Source of the DNA: Candidatus Latescibacterota bacterium
Lineage (GTDB): Bacteria; Latescibacterota; UBA2968; UBA8231
Assembly: GCA_964291625.2 (NCBI GenBank)
Contig: OZ220089.1
Location: 4,064,001-4,128,000, forward strand
Direction of reading: 5' to 3'
DNA: 64,000 nucleotides
Shown: one piece after another, positions 57,359 through 64,000 of the stretch
Layout of the letters: every line of letters starts with the position of its first letter
Numbering within the stretch: the stretch's first letter is position 1
Notes under the pieces: generated by a model
The model's input: only the letters and a program-made list of their open reading frames with translations
The model's database searches: none
Told to the model about the DNA's origin: nothing
Made by a program: the position numbers and the translations under genes

Positions 57359-57751
57359 TCAGTCCTCCTGAAGGCGCCGAACCTCCGGCGAGGTCTGATC
57401 GATCCTCCAGACGCCGGGTTGCCCGTCGCCGTCGATGTCGGCGCGCACGACGACGGAGAAGGATTCCCGGTCCACGTGACCGGCCTCGACCTCGTAGATC
57501 CGCATCCAGGTCAGGTAGGGAGCGTACGCCGGATCCTGGGGGTGGAAGAAGCGCCCGTGTCGCCGCAGGTGGTCGATCTCCATCTCGTGGAGCTGTTGCA
57601 GACCCGCCTCCAGCTGGATGGTCAGTCTCTCGGTCACCGTCAGCCGCGAGAACCGCACGATGCCGATACCGGCCAGGAGGGCCAGGAGGAGCCCCAGCTC
57701 CAGCCAGGGCCACCACCGCCGCCGCGGGGCAGGGGAGTCGAACTCGTTCAC
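57359..57751 (-). CDS. Small single-pass membrane protein, type IV pilin-like
   Basis: WLELGLLLALLAGIGIVRF hydrophobic helix; C-terminal FSVVVRADIDGDGQPGVWRIDQ. Confidence 0.6.
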   Translation of the reverse strand: MNEFDSPAPRRRWWPWLELGLLLALLAGIGIVRFSRLTVTERLTIQLEAGLQQLHEMEIDHLRRHGRFFHPQDPAYAPYLTWMRIYEVEAGHVDRESFSVVVRADIDGDGQPGVWRIDQTSPEVRRLQED

Positions 57752-59358
57752 GGTGACGGGACTTCCTCAGGCACCCGGACCCGGAGACTCTGGCCGCGCT
57801 CGACGGTCACCTCGCCGCCGAGGGCGACCGGCTCGGCCGGCGTGTAGGGGTCGAGGCGGCCGAGGCCGTGCTCCCCGTCTCCGTCGCGGTCGGCGAAGGC
57901 GGACAGCCGGTATCTGCCGGGGGCGACCCCGGGGAAGGCGAAGAGACCCGCCGAGTCGGCGGCGGCGGTCAGCGCGGGGCCTCCCGGCTGGTGGAGCCGC
58001 ACTCGCACCGGTCCCTTCGCCGCCGCCCAGGCGGCCTTCCCCTCCACCGTCGCCCGGTCGGAGGCCGCGAGCAGCTCGAAGTCGAAAACGGCCGTCGAGT
58101 CCCGCGGGGCGTTGCCGGCCCGGTCGCGGAGGCCGTCGAGCCGCACCTCCAGGCGATGGGAGCCGGGCTCCAGGGGTGGCTCGGGGGTGAAGGCCAGGGA
58201 CAGGGGATCCGACCAACGCCAGCGGCCGGCGGGAGGGGGAGAGGTGGAGTCCCTCGCGGCCCAGTCCTCGCCGCCGGGAACGGCGGAGGGGTCCATCGCC
58301 TCGGAGAAGGTGAGCACCAGGGGGTCCGCCTCGGCGGCCAGGCCCCGCGGGCCGGGTTCGACGACCTCCGGTGGCCGTCGGTCCTCGCGGTCCGTCCCGC
58401 GCACCGGCTCTCGCGGAACCTCCACGTTGCGGCCGGCCAGGAGCACGCTGACGCGGTAGCTCCGGCCCGGCTCCTGCTCGGCGGTGACCACGTGGACCCT
58501 CCTGGAATCCGTGGGCAGGGCGTAGATCTCCTCCACGGGAAGGGTCTCGATCTCCACCAGCAGGTCGGCGGCCTCCACACCTCTCTCGAAGGCCAGCAGG
58601 ATTCGCCGCCGGTCGACGGCGCTGATCCGCTGCACGCGGTTGCCGGGCTTTCTGGGCGCCAGCACGAGCACGCCGGCGTCGGCCTCTCCATCGGTGGACG
58701 CGGCGATGTCGCCGTGGGCGAGACCCAGTGGCTCTCCCGGGTCCGGCCGCTGGTTCCGGTTGCCGTCGACGAAGGCGACCGTGCGGTAGCGGCCGGCGGC
58801 GAGCCGGTCGAACCGGAAGCCGCCGTCGTTCCCGCTCTGGGTGACGTAGGAAGGCGGGTCGACGCCGGTGCGGCCGTCGAAGCGGGCCATGTCGTAGGCC
58901 CAGACGAAGGCGCCCCTCCGGGGCTCGAGGTCCGCTGACAGCAGGTGCCCGGAGAGGCTTCCGGCGTCGAGCCGGCCGCCGGTGGCGAAGGCGAGCTGGA
59001 AGGACTGCTCGAGGCGGTTGCCGCGCAGGTCCCGAGCGTCGGTGCCGATGGTGACGACGTAGGTCCGCTCCTCGGCCAGCCCCGAGGGCACCGTGATCTC
59101 CAGGCGGCGGCCCCTCCATCTGGGGCGGAAGTCGACCCGGGGAGCCAGGAAGACCGCCTCCTCCGTCCGCTCGCGATCCATGGCCTCACTGAAGTCGATG
59201 GTCACCCTCCGTCGGGGGTCGACGCCGGTGGCGTCGGCGGCGGGCTGGTGGGCCACGACGACGGGAGCGGTCTCGTCCACCGGCCCCCCCGTGGGCCGGC
59301 CCTGCTTGGCGCAGCCGAGGGCCGCGGCGAAAGCGGCGGCGCAGAGCAGGCGCGGCAT
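57748..59358 (-). CDS. Ig-like (Big_5) domain lipoprotein
   Basis: Lipobox ALGC-AKQGRPTGGPVDETAP; FSEAMD twice; DLRGN / DRAGN motifs. Confidence 0.85.
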   Translation of the reverse strand: MPRLLCAAAFAAALGCAKQGRPTGGPVDETAPVVVAHQPAADATGVDPRRRVTIDFSEAMDRERTEEAVFLAPRVDFRPRWRGRRLEITVPSGLAEERTYVVTIGTDARDLRGNRLEQSFQLAFATGGRLDAGSLSGHLLSADLEPRRGAFVWAYDMARFDGRTGVDPPSYVTQSGNDGGFRFDRLAAGRYRTVAFVDGNRNQRPDPGEPLGLAHGDIAASTDGEADAGVLVLAPRKPGNRVQRISAVDRRRILLAFERGVEAADLLVEIETLPVEEIYALPTDSRRVHVVTAEQEPGRSYRVSVLLAGRNVEVPREPVRGTDREDRRPPEVVEPGPRGLAAEADPLVLTFSEAMDPSAVPGGEDWAARDSTSPPPAGRWRWSDPLSLAFTPEPPLEPGSHRLEVRLDGLRDRAGNAPRDSTAVFDFELLAASDRATVEGKAAWAAAKGPVRVRLHQPGGPALTAAADSAGLFAFPGVAPGRYRLSAFADRDGDGEHGLGRLDPYTPAEPVALGGEVTVERGQSLRVRVPEEVPSP

Positions 59359-59366
59359 GGGGACCG

Positions 59367-60335
59367 CTAGGCCCGGGGGTGGGCCTGCCGGTAGCGGGCC
59401 GTGAGCTCGGAGATGTCCCGGCCGTGGTCCGGGTCGGAGGCCGCGGCTCGGCGGTCCAGGAGGGTGGAGACGAGCCCCGGGTCGGCCCCCGCCTCCAACA
59501 GGTGCCGGGCGCAGGCGGCTCGCAGCTGGCCTGTGCCCCGGTGGCGGCGGGGAGGTCCCGCGGCAGGGGGCCCCGGCGGCGCCCCGAGGTGGCGCAGGTA
59601 GCGGTCGACGATGCGCTGGATCGAGCGCGGGTGCAGCCTGCGGCCCCGGGCACTGACGAAGAGCGCGCCGGCGTCGACGGAGGAGATCTCGCGGGCCAGG
59701 AGCACCTCCGCGCGGCGCAGCAGGTACGCCTGCAGCGCCTCCGCCGCCTGGGGGCCCAGGGGTACGGCGCGAGGGGTGGCGCCGGTGATGCGCAGCCGGC
59801 CATCGGCCAGGCCGAGGTGGCTCAGGTTCAGGTTCACCGCTTCCGAGAGACGCAGCCCGCCGCCGTAGACCAGCTCCAGCAGGGCCCGGTTCCGGGCGCC
59901 GGTGAAGGACCCGCGCTCGGGAAGGGCCAGCAGGGCGCGCATCTCCTCGGGGGTGGGGGGGGCCGCATCGGCGGACGGGGCGGGCGGCCGGACCCCCGCG
60001 GAGGGGTCGCAAGGGCATACCCCCTGGGATCGCAGGAACTGGAACAGACGGCGCACGGCGGCGAGTTTGCGGGCCACGGTTCGCGGCGACCGTCCCGCGT
60101 CGGTCAGATGCCCGGCGAAGGCGGCCACCGCCTCGGTGGGGACGCTGGCCACGGTGGGCGCGGTGACCCGGGTGTGCAGGAAGCGGGCGAACTGGTCGAG
60201 GTCGACGCCGTAGGCGCGCCGGGTCCCGGGGCTGAGGGGGGACCGGCCGAAGGGGCCGGCCTCGGCCAGGGAGGCGAGGAAGAGCTCGACACCCGTCTCG
60301 ACGGCGGTATGCGGGCTCAGGGTCGGGGGGTTCAC
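59367..60335 (-). CDS. xerC: XerC-like tyrosine recombinase with degenerate catalytic site
   Basis: SAM domain (TRRAYGVDL, TVARKLAAVR), RNRALLELVYGGGLRLSE, C-terminal AHPRA; lies downstream of topA. Confidence 0.8.
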   Translation of the reverse strand: MNPPTLSPHTAVETGVELFLASLAEAGPFGRSPLSPGTRRAYGVDLDQFARFLHTRVTAPTVASVPTEAVAAFAGHLTDAGRSPRTVARKLAAVRRLFQFLRSQGVCPCDPSAGVRPPAPSADAAPPTPEEMRALLALPERGSFTGARNRALLELVYGGGLRLSEAVNLNLSHLGLADGRLRITGATPRAVPLGPQAAEALQAYLLRRAEVLLAREISSVDAGALFVSARGRRLHPRSIQRIVDRYLRHLGAPPGPPAAGPPRRHRGTGQLRAACARHLLEAGADPGLVSTLLDRRAAASDPDHGRDISELTARYRQAHPRA

Positions 60336-60363
60336 GGGCCAGCGGCGGGGACTCCGCCCTGGA

Positions 60364-62598
60364 TCAGGCGGCCTGGGTGTTCTCGAAGCGGCTGTCGCAG
60401 ACTTTGCAGTGGAGGGAGGGCGGACCGGTGCGGCTGGCCTTCTCGTAGAGCAGGGGCGCCTCGCACTGCGGGCAGGGGCCGTCCACCGGCTTGTCCCAAC
60501 TGGCGAACTTGCACTTCGGGTAGCGGTCGCAGCCGAAGAACACTTTGCCCTTGCGCGACTGCTTCTCCACCATGTCTCCCTCCCCGCAGTCCGGGCAGGA
60601 GATGCCCAGGGAAAAGGGCTTGACGTTGTGGCAGTCGGGATACCCGGAGCAGGCGAGGAACCGGCCGTAGCGCCCCGTCTTCACGACCATGGGCTTCGAG
60701 CACTGGTCGCAGACCTCGTCGGTCTCCGCCTGCTCGCGCTGCTCTTCCAGGGGCTTCGTATTCTTGCACTGCGGGTAACCCGGGCAGGCGAGGAAGCGGC
60801 CGTTCCGGCCCCACTTGACGACCATGTTGCGTCCGCACTCCTGGCAGAGGATGTCGGTCTCTTCCTGGAGGGACTGTTTCAGCTCTCTGCGGCGCGCGTT
60901 GGCCTCCTCGAGAGATCCCTTCCACGAGCCGTAGAACTGGCGCACCGATGCGACCCAGTCCTCCCGGCCGTCCTCGATGCGGTCGAGCTCGTCTTCCATC
61001 CGCGCCGTGAAGGCCACGTCGAAGATGTTGGGGAAGGTGGCCACGAGGAGCTTGTTGACCGTCTGGCCGCGCTCGGTGGCCTCGAAGTAGCGGTTGTCCA
61101 TCTTCTCCACGTACTCCCGGTCCTGCAGGGTGGAGATGATCTGGGCGTAGGTGCTCGGCCGTCCGATGCCCTTGGCCTCCAGCTCCTTCACCAGCGACGC
61201 CTCGGAGTAGCGCGGCGGCGGCTTGGTGAAGTGCTGCTCGGGCAGCAGCTTCTTCAGGGTGAGGGTCTCGCCCTCGGTCAAGTCGGCGGGCACCTGGGTG
61301 CTCTCCTCCTCGTCCTCGTCCTCTTTGCTCTCGGTGTAGAGGACGGTGAACCCGGGGAACTTCACCTGCGACCCCGTGGCCCGCAGCAGGTAGTCGCCGG
61401 CTGCGATGTCGACGCTGATGATGTTCATCACCTGGGGCTCCATCTGGGAGGCGAGGAAGCGCTTCCAGATCAGCTCGTAGAGCCGCCATTGATCGGGGGA
61501 CAGGCGAGACTTCATCTCCTCCGGAGAGCGTTCCACCGAGGTGGGGCGGATCGCCTCGTGAGCGTCCTGGGCGCCGCGGCGGGTCTTGTAGACATTCGGC
61601 TTTGCGGGCACGTACTCCTTGCCGAAGCGCCTGCCGATATCGGCGCGCACCTCCTCGATCGCCCCGTCGGCGACGCGCACCGAGTCGGTGCGCATGTAGG
61701 TGATGAGCCCCACCGTCTCGCCCACGAGCTCGATGCCTTCGTAGAGCTGCTGGGCCACCGCCATGGTGCGCTTCACCGAGAACCTCAGCTTGCGGGCCGC
61801 CTCCTGCTGCAGGGTGCTGGTGATGAAGGGGGGCGCCGCCCGGCGCCGCTGCTCGCGGTGCTTGATCGACTTGACGGTGAAGGTCGATTCCCGCAGGGCG
61901 GCGGTAATGCGGTCGGTCGCCGTCTGGTCGGGGATCTCGAGCTTCTTCCCCTTGTACTGCAGCAGGCGCGACTTGAAGGCGACCTCGCCGTCGTCGGTGG
62001 CGTGGCCGAGGAGGGCGTCGATGGACCAGTACTCCTGGGGCTCGAAGGAGGCGATCTCGGCATCGCGCTCGCAGATCAGGCGCAGGGCGACGGACTGCAC
62101 CCGCCCGGCGGACAGCCCGGCGTGGATGACCTTCCACAGGAGGGGGCTGATCTCGTAGCCTACGAGCCGGTCGAGGACGCGCCGGGCCTGCTGGGCGTTG
62201 ACCTTGCACAGGTCGAGGACGCCGGACCTGTTGATCGACTCGCGCACCGCCTTGGGCGTGATCTCGTTGAAGAGAATCCGCTTGACCTCGCCGTCCTTGG
62301 CCGCGATTGCCTGGGCCACGTGCCAGGCGATCGCCTCGCCCTCGCGGTCGGGGTCCGTCGCCAGGTAGATCGTGTCCGCCCTCTGCGCCGCGCGCCGGAG
62401 GTCGGTGAGGATCTTTCCCTTCCCGCGGATGGTCACGTAGCGGGGCAGGAAGTCCTTGTCCACGTCGACGCCGAGCTCCTTCGGCGGCAGGTCGCGGACG
62501 TGTCCCATGCACGACTTCACGATGAAGTCGCGGCCGAGGATCTTGTTGATGGTCGTCGCCTTGGCCGGCGACTCCACGACGACGAGTGACTTACCCAT
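60364..62598 (-). CDS. topA: DNA topoisomerase I
   Basis: VVESPAKA, ATDPDREGE, SAGRVQS, ITYMRTDS, GIGRPSTY, C-terminal C4 zinc ribbons. Confidence 0.98.
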   Translation of the reverse strand: MGKSLVVVESPAKATTINKILGRDFIVKSCMGHVRDLPPKELGVDVDKDFLPRYVTIRGKGKILTDLRRAAQRADTIYLATDPDREGEAIAWHVAQAIAAKDGEVKRILFNEITPKAVRESINRSGVLDLCKVNAQQARRVLDRLVGYEISPLLWKVIHAGLSAGRVQSVALRLICERDAEIASFEPQEYWSIDALLGHATDDGEVAFKSRLLQYKGKKLEIPDQTATDRITAALRESTFTVKSIKHREQRRRAAPPFITSTLQQEAARKLRFSVKRTMAVAQQLYEGIELVGETVGLITYMRTDSVRVADGAIEEVRADIGRRFGKEYVPAKPNVYKTRRGAQDAHEAIRPTSVERSPEEMKSRLSPDQWRLYELIWKRFLASQMEPQVMNIISVDIAAGDYLLRATGSQVKFPGFTVLYTESKEDEDEEESTQVPADLTEGETLTLKKLLPEQHFTKPPPRYSEASLVKELEAKGIGRPSTYAQIISTLQDREYVEKMDNRYFEATERGQTVNKLLVATFPNIFDVAFTARMEDELDRIEDGREDWVASVRQFYGSWKGSLEEANARRRELKQSLQEETDILCQECGRNMVVKWGRNGRFLACPGYPQCKNTKPLEEQREQAETDEVCDQCSKPMVVKTGRYGRFLACSGYPDCHNVKPFSLGISCPDCGEGDMVEKQSRKGKVFFGCDRYPKCKFASWDKPVDGPCPQCEAPLLYEKASRTGPPSLHCKVCDSRFENTQAA

Positions 62599-62869
62599 GG
62601 CCGGTTGTGAGATCCGCTTCGTTCGGAGGTTCGGATGAAAAAGGACGCGGCCCTGAGAGGCGGAGCCAGATGCGCCCCGCCCAGGGCCGCCGGTCTCGCA
62701 AGATAACCAGGGGCCGGGTGATCCGCAACGAAGGCCGAAGCCGTCCTCGGCGACGGGACTTGCCCGCGGCTGAGGCGGTTCCGGGCGTATTCCTTGACGA
62801 GATGGGGTCTCTCCCCGTGTTTGGTAACGCCTCGAGAATCACCCCCTTCAAACCGCCGGACGAGGGCGC

Positions 62870-63706
62870 TTGCATCGCCGCAGCCCCAGCGAAATCGACG
62901 GGATCCGCGCGGCCTGCGCCGTCGTTCACCAGGTGCAGTCGGCTGTCGAGGCCGCGGCCTCGCCCGGTGTGTCCACACTCTCTCTCGACGAGCTGGCGGA
63001 GGCCACGATCCGCGACCGAGGCGGAGAGCCGGCCTTCAAGGGCTATCACGGCTTTCCGGCGTCGATCTGCGCCTCCGTCAACGACGAGGCGGTGCACGGC
63101 CTGCCGCGCACCGAGCCCCTGGAAGAAGGGGACCTGCTGTGCGTCGACGTGGGCGTGCAGCTCGACGGGTGGTTCGGCGACGGCGCCTTCACCATCGTCC
63201 TCGGCCATGTGGACCGGCGGGTGCGAGGCCTGGTGGACACGACTCGGGCCGCCCTCGAATCGGGCGTTGCCGCCGCCCGGCCCGGGAATCGTCTGTCGGA
63301 CATCTCTCACGCCATCGAATCCGCCGCCGCGGCGGGAGGCGTCTCCGTCATTCGCGAGTTCGGCGGCCACGGCATCGGCCGTCACCTCCACGAGGATCCC
63401 CACCTGCCGAACCATGGGCCCCCGGGACGCGGCCCCCATCTGAGGGCGGGCCACGTCCTCGCCATCGAGCCGATCTTCAGCCTGGGACAACCCGGGATCG
63501 TCGTCGACGAGGACGGCTGGACCGCGCGCACGCGGGACGGTTCCTTCGCCGCCCACTTCGAGCACACCGTGGCCGTCACGGAGGACGGGCCGAGTCTGCT
63601 GACCCTGTCCCCGGGTATCGCGGACACCGCCGACTCCCGTCCGGTCTGCAAGCAACCCCCGGGAAGAGCGGAGGCCCCGCCCGAGAGGGCCGAGGACAGA
63701 GGCTGA
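62870..63706 (+). CDS. map: Methionine aminopeptidase type I
   Basis: FPASICASVN..VHG, DVG, GDGA, GHGIG..LHEDP, AIEP, AHFEHTV. Confidence 0.96.
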   Translation: MHRRSPSEIDGIRAACAVVHQVQSAVEAAASPGVSTLSLDELAEATIRDRGGEPAFKGYHGFPASICASVNDEAVHGLPRTEPLEEGDLLCVDVGVQLDGWFGDGAFTIVLGHVDRRVRGLVDTTRAALESGVAAARPGNRLSDISHAIESAAAAGGVSVIREFGGHGIGRHLHEDPHLPNHGPPGRGPHLRAGHVLAIEPIFSLGQPGIVVDEDGWTARTRDGSFAAHFEHTVAVTEDGPSLLTLSPGIADTADSRPVCKQPPGRAEAPPERAEDRG

Positions 63707-64000
63707 TGCGCGTCACCTTCCTCGGCACGGGGACCTCCGTCGGCGTGCCTCGCATCGCCTGTGAGTGCGGGGTCTGCACCTCCACCGACCCGCGCAACAA
63801 GCGCCTGCGGTGCGCCATCGCCATCGAGCATCTCGACCGGTCGATCCTGATCGACACGCCGCCCGACCTGCGCACCCAGGCGCTGCGCCACGACCTGCGG
63901 CGCGTCGACGCGGTGCTCTTCACCCACGGCCATGCCGACCACCTCCATGGCCTCGACGATGTGCGCTCCTACTGCTTCGGGCGCGACGAGCCGATCCCCG
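63706..64000 (+). CDS. MBL-fold metallohydrolase (PhnP/YycJ family), runs off the window end
   Basis: MRVTFLGTGTSVGVP..CECGVC, LIDT, THGHADH; TGATG overlap with map. Confidence 0.92.
   Translation, partial: MRVTFLGTGTSVGVPRIACECGVCTSTDPRNKRLRCAIAIEHLDRSILIDTPPDLRTQALRHDLRRVDAVLFTHGHADHLHGLDDVRSYCFGRDEPIP

Noticed and set aside
59367-60335. XerC-like gene as integrase of a prophage or integron
   Set aside because: Housekeeping position behind topA, no phage genes, no attC-like array, no IntI insertion, and catalytic residues are missing.

Overview
High-GC bacterial chromosomal window. The gene content (sulfatase, BNR and GHL10 hydrolases, many Gfo/Idh/MocA, AKR and SDR oxidoreductases, PhyH-HEAT and ankyrin proteins) resembles Latescibacterota/Gemmatimonadota/Poribacteria-type genomes, but that is inference only. 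The core backbone is purL, sucA-sucB-lpdA, a pncA-pncB-aminotransferase-nadE NAD salvage operon, tRNA-Cys and tRNA-Leu, pheA, an xerC-like gene, topA, map and a partial PhnP-like MBL hydrolase. Several visibly AT-richer accessory patches interrupt it: (i) a caspase/CHAT-like ORF plus GmrSD (DUF262-DUF1524); (ii) a two-lipoprotein cassette between 335-bp direct repeats of a dipeptidase gene; (iii) a decayed defence patch (hsdR remnant, ApeA-like HEPN, frameshifted wHTH gene, Schlafen/AlbA_2-ATPase gene) carrying a duplicated host gene end, phased 10-bp repeats and an IHF-like site; (iv) an envelope cassette with a secreted YidD-like protein; (v) HipBA plus a VapB/pseudo-VapC pair. Main leads: repeated cassette insertion marked by host-sequence duplications with no integrase or transposase in the window, a promoter- and terminator-bracketed structured RNA upstream of the NAD salvage operon, a coupled ECF-sigma-TPR/PcfJ pair bracketed by a 13-bp repeat, and an intact but apparently catalytically dead XerC. 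No CRISPR array, rRNA or transposase was seen. All family calls come from motif recognition by eye; no database search was run.
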